Assembly (NCBI GenBank): GCA_964489065.1
Contig: CAZAXH010000005.1
Location: 90,094-154,093 of the forward strand
From: an uncultured Planctomycetales bacterium
Lineage (GTDB): Bacteria > Omnitrophota > Gorgyraeia > Zapsychrales > JANLHA01
DNA: 64,000 nucleotides
Direction of reading: 5' to 3'
The position numbers were made by a program, and so were the translations under genes. A model generated the notes under the pieces. The model was not told the DNA's origin. It did no database searches and saw only the letters and a list, made by a program, of their open reading frames with translations. Below, one piece after another: positions 51,808 through 62,382 of this stretch. Every line of letters begins with the position of its first letter. The first letter of the stretch is position 1.

Positions 51808-52995
51808 ATGGATATCATGAAACGAAAATTTCGTCACGGACATTTTGGGGATTTCGGGGGGCAGTATGTCCCGGAAACTTTAATGTCTTTGCTGTATGAT
51901 CTGGAAAAAATTTATGGGAAGCTTAAAAAAGACCGGGCTTTCAGGAAAGAATTTGTGTTTTATTTGCGGGAATACGCTGGTCGGCCGACCAACCTTTATT
52001 TTGCCCGGCGTTTGAGCGCATATTTGAAAACGCTTAAGGTTTTTTTAAAACGGGAAGACCTGCTGCATACGGGGGCGCACAAGATCAATAATACCCTGGG
52101 CCAAATTCTTGTGGCTCAAAAAATGGCAAAAAAAAGGATCATCGCGGAAACCGGGGCCGGACAGCACGGGGTGGCCACGGCCACAGTCGCGGCGCTTTTC
52201 GGCCTGCAATGCGAGGTTTACATGGGCCAGGAAGATATTGAACGCCAGGCGCTTAACGTGTTCCGTATGCGTTTGCTTGGGGCCAAGGTCAACCCGGTGA
52301 ACAGCGGGTCACGGACATTGAAGGACGCCATGAATGAGGCGATCCGTGACTGGGTCACGAATGTTAAAGACACTTTTTATATCATAGGGTCGGTGGCTGG
52401 GCCGCATCCGTATCCGGTTATGGTGCGGGACTTCCAGGCGGTGATCGGCCGGGAGGCCCGGAGCCAGTTCCTGAAGCAGGAAGGGAAGCTCCCGGATTAT
52501 CTCTTGGCTTGCGTGGGCGGTGGCAGCAACGCGATGGGGCTATTTTACGCCTTCACCCGGGACACGTCTGTGCGCATGATCGGGGTGGAAGCCGCCGGAT
52601 ATGGTCTTTTGACCGGCCGGCACGCCGCGTCTTTATCGCAGGGGGAGATCGGTGTTTTGCACGGGAGCAAGAGCGCCTTGCTTCAGACCCAGGACGGGCA
52701 GATTAAAATTGCCCATTCCATAGCGGCCGGCCTGGATTATCCCGGGGTGGGTCCGGAACACGCGTATTATCAGCAGACCGGACGGGCGGAATATGTAGCG
52801 GTGGAGGATCAGGCCGCCATTAAAGGATTAAAACTTTTGTCGAAAACAGAAGGTATTATCCCGGCCCTGGAATCGGCGCATGCCATCGGGTATCTGGAAA
52901 CCCTGGCCCGCCGGCAAAAGCGTCCGGCCACGGTGATCGTATGCTTGTCCGGCCGGGGAGACAAAGATGTCGGCACGATAAAAGAACTGGTGTGA
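51808..52995 (+). CDS. trpB: Tryptophan synthase beta chain
   Basis: PLP lysine motif [15 protein letters not shown]. Confidence 0.95.
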   Translation: MDIMKRKFRHGHFGDFGGQYVPETLMSLLYDLEKIYGKLKKDRAFRKEFVFYLREYAGRPTNLYFARRLSAYLKTLKVFLKREDLLHTGAHKINNTLGQILVAQKMAKKRIIAETGAGQHGVATATVAALFGLQCEVYMGQEDIERQALNVFRMRLLGAKVNPVNSGSRTLKDAMNEAIRDWVTNVKDTFYIIGSVAGPHPYPVMVRDFQAVIGREARSQFLKQEGKLPDYLLACVGGGSNAMGLFYAFTRDTSVRMIGVEAAGYGLLTGRHAASLSQGEIGVLHGSKSALLQTQDGQIKIAHSIAAGLDYPGVGPEHAYYQQTGRAEYVAVEDQAAIKGLKLLSKTEGIIPALESAHAIGYLETLARRQKRPATVIVCLSGRGDKDVGTIKELV

Positions 52996-53062
52996 GTCAA
53001 AAGCATTCATAAATAGCAGAGCCTCATGGAGGCGCCGCTTTCCGGATGGGGAGTCGAACCTG

Positions 53063-53878
53063 ATGACCAACAGAATTGATGTTAAGTTTAAGGCATTACG
53101 CGGGGCCGGATGCAAGGCCTTTGTCGCGTTTATAACAGCCGGGGATCCGGACTTGAAGACCACGGAAGAGCTTGTCTTGGCTTTTGAAGACAGCGGCGTG
53201 GATATTGTGGAACTGGGTGTTCCGTTTTCCGATCCGTTAGCGGACGGCCCCACGATTCAGGCCGCGTCTTACCGGGCTTTAAAAAACGGCACGACCCTTG
53301 AAAAAATTTTAAAGACGGTCGCCCGGATCAGGAAACGGACCTCATTGCCGCTGGCCCTGATGACATATTATAATCCGGTTTTCCATTTCGGAGAGGAATC
53401 GTTTATGGCGGCCTGTGAAGAGGCTGGGGTGGATGGCGTGATTATTCCCGACCTCCCCCCGGAGGAAGCCGGGACGCTTATTTTGTCCGCCCGGCATCAC
53501 GGGGTGGCCACGGTGTTTTTCGTCGCCCCGACCACGCGGGAGGAACGCCTGGGGCTCATTACCCGGTCGGCCACGGGTTTTATTTATTATGTATCGGTGG
53601 CCGGGGTAACGGGCGCCCGGACGGTGTTGCCGGCGGATATTTTGCGCCATGTCCGGGCTGTCAAACAGGCCTGCCAGACCCCGGTGTGTGTCGGTTTCGG
53701 CATATCAACGCCCGAACAGGTCCGAACGGTCAGCCGGGTTGCGGACGGGGTAATCGTCGGCAGCGCTATTATTAAGGAAATTGAAAAACATGCGGGGAGA
53801 AGCACTCTGGTCCGGGAGGTGATCCGGGTTGTCAGGGATATGGCTTCCCCGTTAAAGAATGGGAAGGGAAAAGGATAG
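53063..53878 (+). CDS. trpA: Tryptophan synthase alpha chain
   Basis: TIM-barrel TrpA pattern (..ELGVPFSDPLADGP..). Confidence 0.9.
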   Translation: MTNRIDVKFKALRGAGCKAFVAFITAGDPDLKTTEELVLAFEDSGVDIVELGVPFSDPLADGPTIQAASYRALKNGTTLEKILKTVARIRKRTSLPLALMTYYNPVFHFGEESFMAACEEAGVDGVIIPDLPPEEAGTLILSARHHGVATVFFVAPTTREERLGLITRSATGFIYYVSVAGVTGARTVLPADILRHVRAVKQACQTPVCVGFGISTPEQVRTVSRVADGVIVGSAIIKEIEKHAGRSTLVREVIRVVRDMASPLKNGKGKG

Positions 53879-53880
53879 CG

Positions 53881-55155
53881 ATGTATCAGAAAGACGTGCT
53901 GGATAACGGGGCGAGAATTGTGACCCATGATATGAAGGAGCGGGAAAGCCTTTCGATCGGGGTCTGGATCGGGGTGGGGGGACGTTATGAAGAGGACCAC
54001 GTGAAGGGGGCGGCGCATTTCCTGGAACACCTGGCTTTTAAAGGCAGCGCTCACTATTCCTGTGAAGACATCAAAGGCCGGATTGAAGGGGTGGGGGGGA
54101 GCCTGAATGCTTTTACCGCAGAAGAGCAAACGTGTTATTACGCCAAGATTCCGGCCCGGTATATGGAATCGACCCTGGATATTCTGCTGGATATCGCTCT
54201 GGAACCTTTGCTGAAGAAAAAAGATATTGAGCGGGAGCGGACCGTGATCCTGGAAGAAATTAAGATGTACAAGGATCTCCCGCAGTATTATGTGGTGGAC
54301 TTGTTGGAAGAGATGATGTGGCCAGGCCATCCTCTGGGGAAAAATTTGGCGGGAACCCCGGAATCAGTCGGGCAGATGTCTTCCCGGGATCTGAAAATGT
54401 TTCATCACGATTATTATGTCCCCACAAATGTTGTTGTGGCGGCTTGCGGTAAAGTGCAGCACAAACGATTTGTGGCCGCTGTACGTAAAAAAATCTCCGC
54501 ATTCCATTCAGGGCAAAAACTGTCCTGCCTCGCGGCGGATAACAGCCAACGGCCCGCTGCGGTTCTGTCTTCTCCCCGACCTATTGAGCAGATGCATCTC
54601 GCGCTGGGTATGCCGGGCTATCACGATGATCATGCGGATAAATATATTTTGAATATGTTGCATGTTATCTTGGGGGGGAATATGTCGAGCCGCTTGTTTA
54701 ATGAGGTGCGTGAGAAGCGCGGCCTGGCCTATTCCATTTCCACGTCTGTCAAGGCGTTGTCCGATACCGGTATGTTTATGGTGCGGGCCGGGGTGGATAC
54801 CCAGAAGCTTGAGCAGGCGGTGGAGGTGATCCTGAAGGAACTGGAAAAAATCAAACGGCGGGGTGTTTCCGACAGTGAGTTTCAGAGGGCTAAAGATTAT
54901 TATAAGGGGCAGGTCTTGATAGGTTTGGAGGACACGCTCGATCACATGATTTGGCTGGGGGAGTCCGTGTGTGCGCATGACCGAATAAGAACCTTGGAGG
55001 AGATTATGGGAAAGATCAACAAAATCCGCATGGAAGATGTTTCCCGGGTCGCCAAGGATGTCTTGCAGTCGCCCCGTTATAATCTGTCGCTGGTCGGTCC
55101 TATCTCGGATGCGCAGAAGGGGGCGCTTTTGCGTTTAGTCGGTTGTCCCGGCTAG
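53881..55155 (+). CDS. M16-family zinc peptidase (insulinase/pitrilysin-like)
   Basis: Inverted zinc motif HFLEHLAFKG (HxxEH); 2-nt gap after trpA. Confidence 0.85.
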   Translation: MYQKDVLDNGARIVTHDMKERESLSIGVWIGVGGRYEEDHVKGAAHFLEHLAFKGSAHYSCEDIKGRIEGVGGSLNAFTAEEQTCYYAKIPARYMESTLDILLDIALEPLLKKKDIERERTVILEEIKMYKDLPQYYVVDLLEEMMWPGHPLGKNLAGTPESVGQMSSRDLKMFHHDYYVPTNVVVAACGKVQHKRFVAAVRKKISAFHSGQKLSCLAADNSQRPAAVLSSPRPIEQMHLALGMPGYHDDHADKYILNMLHVILGGNMSSRLFNEVREKRGLAYSISTSVKALSDTGMFMVRAGVDTQKLEQAVEVILKELEKIKRRGVSDSEFQRAKDYYKGQVLIGLEDTLDHMIWLGESVCAHDRIRTLEEIMGKINKIRMEDVSRVAKDVLQSPRYNLSLVGPISDAQKGALLRLVGCPG

Positions 55156-55255
55156 TCTTCTGGCGGTCGAGTTTTTTTATGGCGGGGAAGATGGGGACAT
55201 GGCCCGTAAAGGTCTTTTCCCGTCGTCCTGGGGGGAGTGATTTTTCTTTTTTAAT

Positions 55256-55284
55256 TTGACAACTTTTGTATTATCGGTTAGACT
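55256..55284 (+). promoter_or_regulatory. Putative promoter TTGACA-17-TAGACT upstream of small ORF
   Basis: Consensus -35, weaker -10. Confidence 0.35.
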
Positions 55285-55325
55285 CAATCTAATTCTTAAA
55301 CGTTATCAATTCCAAGGAGGTCAGC

Positions 55326-55499
55326 ATGGAAGAATTGTCATTTTATGATGTGAAAACCAAAAATAAGTTTTCAACGAGTGACTATGAGGTTCGGGAAAAA
55401 GGCGGAAAATATTTTGCCGTAACAAAGTCCAAAGCCGGCTCTCACGAATGCTGGCGGGTTCTTGGGAAAGAACTGGCTGAAAAGCTCAAAAAGAAATAG
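55326..55499 (+). CDS. Unlisted small ORF (57 aa, basic, below the ORF-track length cutoff): MEELSFYDVKTKNKFSTSDYEVREKGGKYFAVTKSKAGSHECWRVLGKELAEKLKKK
   Basis: RBS CCAAGGAGG 6 nt upstream of ATG; own promoter; no overlapping gene. Confidence 0.4.
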   Translation: MEELSFYDVKTKNKFSTSDYEVREKGGKYFAVTKSKAGSHECWRVLGKELAEKLKKK

Positions 55500-55551
55500 G
55501 GGTAACGGGGTTGAGCGGGACAGCCGGGACTTAGGATAATAAAGATTAGCT

Positions 55552-55896
55552 GTGACACCTCTGAAATTAGCCAAGACAATCGCAGAACTAGCTGCTGACA
55601 AAAAGGCAGAGGATATCCTTATCCTCAACATGCGAAAAGTAGCGAATTTTTGCGATTTTTTTGTTGTTTGTACGGGCAGTTCAGATCGGCATGTTAAGGC
55701 GATTGCCGATGGCATTGATGAGGGGCTTGATCTGCATGACGTTAAAGCCCGGCGCGCTTCAGGGCGGCAAGACAGCCGATGGGTGATTCTTGATTTAGGA
55801 AACGTGGTGGCGCATATTTTTGATCGGGAATCCCGGGAGTTTTACGGGCTGGATTATCTTTGGCAGGAAGCTAAAGTCGTTCCCTGGCCGAAATAG
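55552..55896 (+). CDS. rsfS: Ribosomal silencing factor RsfS (Iojap family)
   Basis: Iojap pattern (..DILILNMRKVANFCDFFVVCTGSSDRHVKAIAD..). Confidence 0.85.
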   Translation: MTPLKLAKTIAELAADKKAEDILILNMRKVANFCDFFVVCTGSSDRHVKAIADGIDEGLDLHDVKARRASGRQDSRWVILDLGNVVAHIFDRESREFYGLDYLWQEAKVVPWPK

Positions 55897-56049
55897 CGCG
55901 TCCTTCCCCCTATGAGCAGTCGTGTCTTTACGCGTCAACAGGGTTTCCCTCCGAATGATGCGATACCCCGCTTGTAAAGAAAACAACAGGTCTATTTTAA
56001 AAATTAATCTTATTTTTTATACTTATAAAAATATGAAAATAATATAGAA

Positions 56050-57732
56050 ATGAAGTTATCAATCTTTAGACAGAATCTTAGTGAGTGTATTCAACATGGC
56101 GTTAGTTGTTTTTTCCCCGATCCCGATCAAATCCCTTCCATTATCCTTGATATTCCCCAAGATAAAACCCGCGGTGAATTTTCATGCAATATCGCTCTTC
56201 AGTCTGCTCGTATTTTAAAAAAGTCTCCGATGGAATTGGCGGCGGCGTTTGTTGAGGCGATCAGCCGGCAAATTCAGACCGTCGGCCTTGATGACAGGAT
56301 TGAACGGGTGGAAGCGAAACAGCCGGGTTTTATTAATTTTTACCTGGCCGAGACGGCTTTCTACGATATCTTGGAACAGGTTTTTGCGGAAGGGGAAGAT
56401 TACGGGCGTTCTTGTCTGGGGCAGGGGAAGAAAATTCAGGTTGAGTTCGTTTCCGCGAATCCCACGGGGCCGCTTAGCGTGGCGCATGCCCGGCAGGCGG
56501 CTGTGGGGGATTGCCTGGGAAATATCCTGCGGTTTTCGGGTTTTGAGGTGACGAAAGAATATTATGTGAACGATGAAGGGAACCAAATTAATATTCTGGG
56601 CCGTTCTATCCGGGCCCGCGCCCGTGAAATTCTGGGCGATACACAATCCATATTCCCGGAAGACGGATATCAGGGGGATTATATCCGTGACATGGCCCGT
56701 GTCTTTATTGAGCAGAATAAAGTTGTATCCTTATCCGATTTGGAAATCCGGCCGCAAGGAGATTTTTCCCGGTTTGGGGTGGAAACCTTGATGGCGGTTA
56801 TTCAGAAGGAACTGAAAGATTTTGGCGTGCAGTTTGACACTTGGTCCTATCAGTCTCGCATCGCCTCCAGTGCTCATGTGGAGAAGACATTGTCTTTTTT
56901 GGGAGAGAAGGGGTTTCTTTATGAGAAAGAAGGGGCGTTATGGTTTTCTTCGACCCGGTTTGGAGATGATAAAGACCGGGTTTTAAGGAAAAGTGACGGG
57001 GCTTACACTTATTTTGCCCCGGATATCGCCTATCATCAGAATAAATTTTTGCGTGGATTTGATAAAGTGGTGAATATTTGGGGGCCGGATCATCATGGGT
57101 ATATCCCCCGCCTGAGCGCGGCGGTCGAAGCTCTGGGGCGGACTCCCGATGCTCTGAAAGTCCTTATTGTGCAACTGGCCACGCTTTACCGGGATGGGCA
57201 GCCGGTTTCCATGTCAACGCGCCGAGGCCAGTATATTTCTTTGCAGGAAGTCATGGATGAAGTCGGGGTGGACGCTGCCAGGTTTTTTTTCCTGATGCGC
57301 AGCATCAAGGCCCATCTGGATTTTGACTTGGAATTAGCTAAGAAAGAAACTCCGGAAAATCCGGTTTATTATATCCAGTATGCGCATGCCAGAATACACA
57401 GTATTGTGGCGAAAGCCCGGGAAGTCAATCTGGAGGCGCGGACAGAGGGGTTTAAGGCTCTGGTGCAGGAAGAGGAACAGGATCTTATGAAAACGATCGG
57501 GCGGTTTACCGATGTCCTGCATATGTGTTGTCATCAATGGGATGTCTTTGCGTTGGTCAGTTATTTACTGGAATTGGCCACAGCGTTTCACCGGTTTTAT
57601 GATAAGCACCGCGTTGTCGATGTGGAGGCCCCCGATTTATCCTCAGAAAGATTGGCCTTAATCGTTGCCACACGTATCGTTCTGGCAAACGGTTTGCGTC
57701 TTGTTGGCGTCAGCGCCCCTGTCCGGATGTAA
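56050..57732 (+). CDS. argS: Arginyl-tRNA synthetase
   Basis: SANPTGPLSVAHAR class I signature, DALR anticodon-binding C-terminus. Confidence 0.95.
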   Translation: MKLSIFRQNLSECIQHGVSCFFPDPDQIPSIILDIPQDKTRGEFSCNIALQSARILKKSPMELAAAFVEAISRQIQTVGLDDRIERVEAKQPGFINFYLAETAFYDILEQVFAEGEDYGRSCLGQGKKIQVEFVSANPTGPLSVAHARQAAVGDCLGNILRFSGFEVTKEYYVNDEGNQINILGRSIRARAREILGDTQSIFPEDGYQGDYIRDMARVFIEQNKVVSLSDLEIRPQGDFSRFGVETLMAVIQKELKDFGVQFDTWSYQSRIASSAHVEKTLSFLGEKGFLYEKEGALWFSSTRFGDDKDRVLRKSDGAYTYFAPDIAYHQNKFLRGFDKVVNIWGPDHHGYIPRLSAAVEALGRTPDALKVLIVQLATLYRDGQPVSMSTRRGQYISLQEVMDEVGVDAARFFFLMRSIKAHLDFDLELAKKETPENPVYYIQYAHARIHSIVAKAREVNLEARTEGFKALVQEEEQDLMKTIGRFTDVLHMCCHQWDVFALVSYLLELATAFHRFYDKHRVVDVEAPDLSSERLALIVATRIVLANGLRLVGVSAPVRM

Positions 57733-57790
57733 TGCCAGGATAGCAAGATATTTCTCGCCGTTATTATTTTATTTAACTTAGGAAAGGTCC

Positions 57791-59491
57791 ATGTCGGAGC
57801 CGATATTAACAAAACAATGGAATGTGTTAAAACCTGACAGGGAACGCCAAGCCTGTTTAAGCCGTGAATTGGGGATTGATCCCGTCATCGCGCAATTGCT
57901 TATGAACCGGGGCATACAAAGCGTGGAAGATGCGGACAGGTTTCTTTTTGCCGGGCTTGATAAAATTCATGACCCGTTTCTTTTGAAAGATATCGACAAA
58001 ACGCTGGCCCGTATCCGGATGGCCCGGGAAAAAGGCGAGCGGGTCCTGATTTTCGGCGATTATGATGTGGACGGGATTACGTCAACGGCGGTCCTTTATA
58101 ATTATTTGCGTGCTTTAGGGATCGACGCCGTGACCCACCTTCCGCACCGGATGTATGATGGATATGGATTAAACGAGAATGTCTGTCAGATAGTCAGGGA
58201 TAAGGGAGCCTCGTTGGTTATCGCCGTTGATTGCGGGATTACGGCTTTCAGGGAAATCGAATTGCTGCAACAGGAAGGGGTAGACTGTCTTGTTGTTGAT
58301 CATCATGAGCCCGCGGAAAGGGGCATTCCGCCGGCCTATGCGGTGATTGACCCGAAAAGGAAAGACTGTCCGTATCCCTTTAAACACCTCGCCGCCGTTG
58401 GCCTGGTCGCTAAATTGGGGCAGGCCTTGTTTGGCGGTATTCAGGAAGATCAACTGGATTTGATCGCTCTGGGGACGGTCGCGGACGTTGTGCCGTTGCG
58501 GGACGAGAACCGGGTTTTTGTCAAGATGGGGCTGCCCAGGATCGGTCAGACCAAAAATAAGGGATTATCGGCCCTTCTGGATGTGGCCCGTATCCGGGGT
58601 AAAAAGATGAAGCCCTATCATGCGGGATTTATTTTAGGCCCGCGGATCAACGCGACCGGACGCATGGGGTCGGCCCAGCAGTCTCTGGACCTTTTGTTGA
58701 GCGAAGATATCCATGAGGCACAAACTTTGGCGCGGGACATGGAAACCCTCAATAATGAACGGCAAAAGCTGCAGCGCGATGTCGTCCAGGAAGCCTTGAG
58801 CCTTGTGGAACAGGAAGTTAATTTTCAGGACCACAAGATTATTGTGGTGAGTAAAGAAGGCTGGCATAAGGGCGTTTTGGGTATCGTGGCCTCCCGCCTG
58901 GCGGAAATTTATTACCGTCCGACCATCGTGATATCTTTGCAGGACGGGGTGGGGACGGCTTCCGCCCGGTCGATCGCCGGCTTCCACCTGCATGAGGCCC
59001 TGGAGTCGTGTTCCGGGATGCTGGAAAATTTCGGGGGGCATAAACTGGCTGCCGGCCTGACGATCTTAGAGTCTAATATAGGGAAGTTTACGCAGTCGAT
59101 CAATGATTTTGCCCGCCGGTATATTCCCGGACGGCACCTGGTTCCGGTTTTGGATATTGATCAGGATCTGCCCTTGTCTTCCCTGAATTTAAGTTTGTTG
59201 GAAACAATTGAGCGGTTGGAGCCGTACGGTGAGGGCAACCCCGAGCCGCTGTTCTGTTCCCGGAATTTACGGGTCAAAAGCCACCCGGTGATCCTGGGAC
59301 GGGAAACTTTAAAGTTTTGGGTTACAGACGGGGACGTTACGGTTTCGGCCGTTGGGTTCGGCTTGGCAAAATACCGGGACTTGGTGAGGTTCGGAGAGCA
59401 GGTTGATTTGGCTTATCAACCGATCATTGATGATTGGAATAAAGCCCCTACGATCCAGTTGAAGATCAAAGATTTAAAGATGAGCGAATAG
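57791..59491 (+). CDS. recJ: Single-stranded-DNA-specific exonuclease RecJ
   Basis: DHH motifs (DYDVDGITS, VVDHH), DHHA1 domain. Confidence 0.9.
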   Translation: MSEPILTKQWNVLKPDRERQACLSRELGIDPVIAQLLMNRGIQSVEDADRFLFAGLDKIHDPFLLKDIDKTLARIRMAREKGERVLIFGDYDVDGITSTAVLYNYLRALGIDAVTHLPHRMYDGYGLNENVCQIVRDKGASLVIAVDCGITAFREIELLQQEGVDCLVVDHHEPAERGIPPAYAVIDPKRKDCPYPFKHLAAVGLVAKLGQALFGGIQEDQLDLIALGTVADVVPLRDENRVFVKMGLPRIGQTKNKGLSALLDVARIRGKKMKPYHAGFILGPRINATGRMGSAQQSLDLLLSEDIHEAQTLARDMETLNNERQKLQRDVVQEALSLVEQEVNFQDHKIIVVSKEGWHKGVLGIVASRLAEIYYRPTIVISLQDGVGTASARSIAGFHLHEALESCSGMLENFGGHKLAAGLTILESNIGKFTQSINDFARRYIPGRHLVPVLDIDQDLPLSSLNLSLLETIERLEPYGEGNPEPLFCSRNLRVKSHPVILGRETLKFWVTDGDVTVSAVGFGLAKYRDLVRFGEQVDLAYQPIIDDWNKAPTIQLKIKDLKMSE

Positions 59492-59517
59492 AAACGGCGT
59501 GAGGGATTTTAAGGGAA

Positions 59518-59745
59518 TCAAGCTTTTGTGATTTTTTCAGCCTTGAGACACTTGGTGCAGACGTGAATTCTTTTGGTGGTCCCTTTAATCAGGACTTTGA
59601 CTCTTTGCAGGTTGGGAAGGAACTGCCGGGGAGATTTTCCAACGATCTTAGACCCTGCGCCGCCTTTCCGGCGAATCATACCTCGTCTTTTATATTGACG
59701 CCCGGAAACCGGACCTTTTCCGCATATTTCGCATACTTTTGACAT
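59518..59745 (-). CDS. rpmB: 50S ribosomal protein L28
   Basis: MSKVCEICGK...CTKC zinc-ribbon L28. Confidence 0.9.
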   Translation of the reverse strand: MSKVCEICGKGPVSGRQYKRRGMIRRKGGAGSKIVGKSPRQFLPNLQRVKVLIKGTTKRIHVCTKCLKAEKITKA

Positions 59746-59871
59746 AATCGTTGCCTTTAATAAATAGTCTCGGATGAAGGGTTAAAAGTTATTTGAAAAA
59801 TTAGTATATCGGATTTGTGATATTTGTCAAGAATAATATTTTCCCATCCTTTAATGAATCGGGGGGTCAGC

Positions 59872-61599
59872 ATGGAACACATGACAATAGATTTTGGCAA
59901 GATTCCGCCGTATCAAAAACGGTGTTTTGTTCCGGAATCGGCTAATCTCCGGGACAGGGAAACCGTCCAGGGGCTTTTTCAGCAGTTGCTGTCCCGGGTT
60001 GTCCGGTCTGCAGAAGACCGGGACGCTTGGGTCTTGGCGCGTTCAGAAATGGAAGCGGCTCTGGATCAGGAAGCCGCGGGGCTTTATATCCGGATGACCT
60101 GTTATACGGATCATGAGCCGTTTGCGCGGGAATATAAAGATTACGTCGAAACGGTCGCCCCGGTTATCAAAAAGTTTAAGCATGATTTGGATGTGAAATT
60201 CCTTGCCTTAGCCGAAGATTTTCCTTTGGAGGCGCCGTTTGATGGCATGTATGAAAGGGAAATCAGGGTGGATGTTGAATTATTCCGGGAGGAAAATATC
60301 CCGCTGGCGACGGAGATTGATCTTTTGTCCCAGGAGTATCAGGCGTTATGCGGGGGGTTGACGGTTTTTTTTGACGGGGAAGAAAGAACGCTCCCGCACA
60401 TGAATCGGTACTTGCAGAATCCCGATCGCCGGCTGCGCGAAGCCGCCTGGCGGGCCGCTGCCGACCGGCGCTTGAACGAGCGGGCCCGTTTTGATGACCT
60501 GTTTGACCGGATGGCGGCGCTAAGAGGGCAGCAGGCCCGGAACGCTGGTTTTGAGCATTTTACGCTTTATCAGTTCCGTGCTTACCACCGTTTTGACTAT
60601 ACTCCCCAAGAGTGTTTGGCTTACCACCAGGCGGCCCGGGACATGCTCGTCCCGTTGTGGGAGAAAATTTTACACCGCCGGCACAAGGCTTTGGGAATTG
60701 ACGCTTTGAGGCCCTGGGACACAGAAGTGGATCCGTTAGGGCGCCCGGCCTTGAGCCCTTTTAAAGAGGTTGGGGGGTTGACGCTGGGGGTGGGAAATAT
60801 CCTTAAAAAAATCCATCCGGAATTTTCTCGGGCTTTTAAAATGATGCTGGATAACGGGCTTCTGGATCTGGCGAGCCGCAAAGGAAAGGCCCCGGGAGGG
60901 TATCAGCATACCCTGGCGGAAGCCAGAAAACCTTTTATATTTATGAATGCGGTGGGACTTGACGGGGATGTCCGCACCCTTTTGCACGAGTCAGGACACG
61001 CCTATCATGCTTTGGCTTGCGCGCATCATGCTTTGTATCCTTACCGGCACGCGCCGATTGAATTTTGTGAGGTGGCTTCTATGAGCATGGAGCTTTTGGG
61101 AGGGGAATTCCTTTCGGAGTTTTATAATGAGGAAGATCTCCGCCGTTCGCATGAAAGGCATTTTGAGGATATCGTGTGGACCCTGCTCTGGGTGGCCACG
61201 ATTGATGCTTTCCAGCACTGGATTTACGGGCACCCCGGCCATACCCCTCAGGAGAGGACACAGGCCTGGCTCGAGATATATTTCCGGTTCGGAGGGAAGC
61301 TTATTTCTTGGCAAGGATTGGAACCTTATGCGGAGATGTTGTGGCAACGGCAGATGCATGTTTTTGAGGTTCCTTTTTATTATATTGAGTATGCGATCGC
61401 CCAAATTGGAGCATTGAGGATATGGCTGAGAATGAAGGAGAGCCGTGCCGATGTCTTGGGGAAGTTTATTGAGGCCCTGGCTTTGGGAGGCTCAAAACCA
61501 TTGCCGGAGCTGTTCCGCACAGCGGGATTGGAATTTGATTTTTCCTCCGAGGCTTTGGCTCCGTTGATTCCCGCTATTGAGGGGGAATTGGGGTTGTAA
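59872..61599 (+). CDS. pepF: M3B-family oligoendopeptidase F (start at MEHMT after RBS GGGGGG)
   Basis: HESGHAYH HExxH motif with downstream Glu. Confidence 0.85.
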   Translation: MEHMTIDFGKIPPYQKRCFVPESANLRDRETVQGLFQQLLSRVVRSAEDRDAWVLARSEMEAALDQEAAGLYIRMTCYTDHEPFAREYKDYVETVAPVIKKFKHDLDVKFLALAEDFPLEAPFDGMYEREIRVDVELFREENIPLATEIDLLSQEYQALCGGLTVFFDGEERTLPHMNRYLQNPDRRLREAAWRAAADRRLNERARFDDLFDRMAALRGQQARNAGFEHFTLYQFRAYHRFDYTPQECLAYHQAARDMLVPLWEKILHRRHKALGIDALRPWDTEVDPLGRPALSPFKEVGGLTLGVGNILKKIHPEFSRAFKMMLDNGLLDLASRKGKAPGGYQHTLAEARKPFIFMNAVGLDGDVRTLLHESGHAYHALACAHHALYPYRHAPIEFCEVASMSMELLGGEFLSEFYNEEDLRRSHERHFEDIVWTLLWVATIDAFQHWIYGHPGHTPQERTQAWLEIYFRFGGKLISWQGLEPYAEMLWQRQMHVFEVPFYYIEYAIAQIGALRIWLRMKESRADVLGKFIEALALGGSKPLPELFRTAGLEFDFSSEALAPLIPAIEGELGL

Positions 61600-61708
61600 G
61601 CAGCCGCACGGAGCCCGGGATAAAGAATAAAGCTTGTTCAGGCCTTTCTTTGCGGGTAAAATAGAAAAAAGCCAAATTATATTATTCTTAAATGATAGGG
61701 AGGCCTTC

Positions 61709-62317
61709 ATGAATCGAAACTTACGCGTGACATTGTTTTGTCTGGGATGGCTGACGGTAGCGGTCCCGCTTGCTGGCGCTGATGAGTTTACGGATCAGAA
61801 AATATCTCAACTTGAAGCCAAGGTGGCGGCGATGGAGCAGTACATCGAAGATCTGGCGCCGCGGTTGAATAATTTTTCAAAAGACCTGTATGACACGGTT
61901 GACCAGCGTATGCGTTTTTCTTCTGATAAGGTTGTTGTCCTGAATCCTATTTCAAAAAAGTTTGTGAAGATTGAAACGAATGGCGGGGATTTTTTGATCG
62001 CGGTTGAGAATATGAGTAAAATCCGCAATGGATACCGGCTTACTTTTCGTATCGGGAACCCTAGTGTGGCGACAATCAGTGACATTAAACTTCGTTTGCT
62101 TTGGGGGAGACGGTGGGATCCGAAGAATGTCCGCCCGACATATGAGGACTGGCGTAAATCTCTGGTCGGGGCGGAATACACGTTTAACGGCACGCTGGCT
62201 CCTAATGCCTGGACTCAGGTCAGTGTTGATGCGACCCCCGCCAATATACGCCAGTTTGATCATTTGGAGTGTGAGATGACGGTCGGGGCCGTGGAACTGA
62301 TGAGTGCGCAACAATAA
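61709..62317 (+). CDS. Hypothetical secreted protein (signal peptide ..VPLAGADE)
   Basis: RBS GGGAGG; start chosen at MNRNLRVTLF. Confidence 0.5.
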   Translation: MNRNLRVTLFCLGWLTVAVPLAGADEFTDQKISQLEAKVAAMEQYIEDLAPRLNNFSKDLYDTVDQRMRFSSDKVVVLNPISKKFVKIETNGGDFLIAVENMSKIRNGYRLTFRIGNPSVATISDIKLRLLWGRRWDPKNVRPTYEDWRKSLVGAEYTFNGTLAPNAWTQVSVDATPANIRQFDHLECEMTVGAVELMSAQQ

Positions 62318-62382
62318 CAGGTTGATATCCAGGATAGGCGGCTGGCGCAGGGTTGGGTTGCCCGATGAGGGAAGGGGGGAAA

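Noticed and set aside
55897-56049. Possible structured element upstream of argS (UCUUUACGCG...CGCUUGUAAAGA long-range pairing)
   Set aside because: It is a short imperfect helix in a very AT-rich promoter region with no U-tract or known motif, so it is more likely fortuitous.
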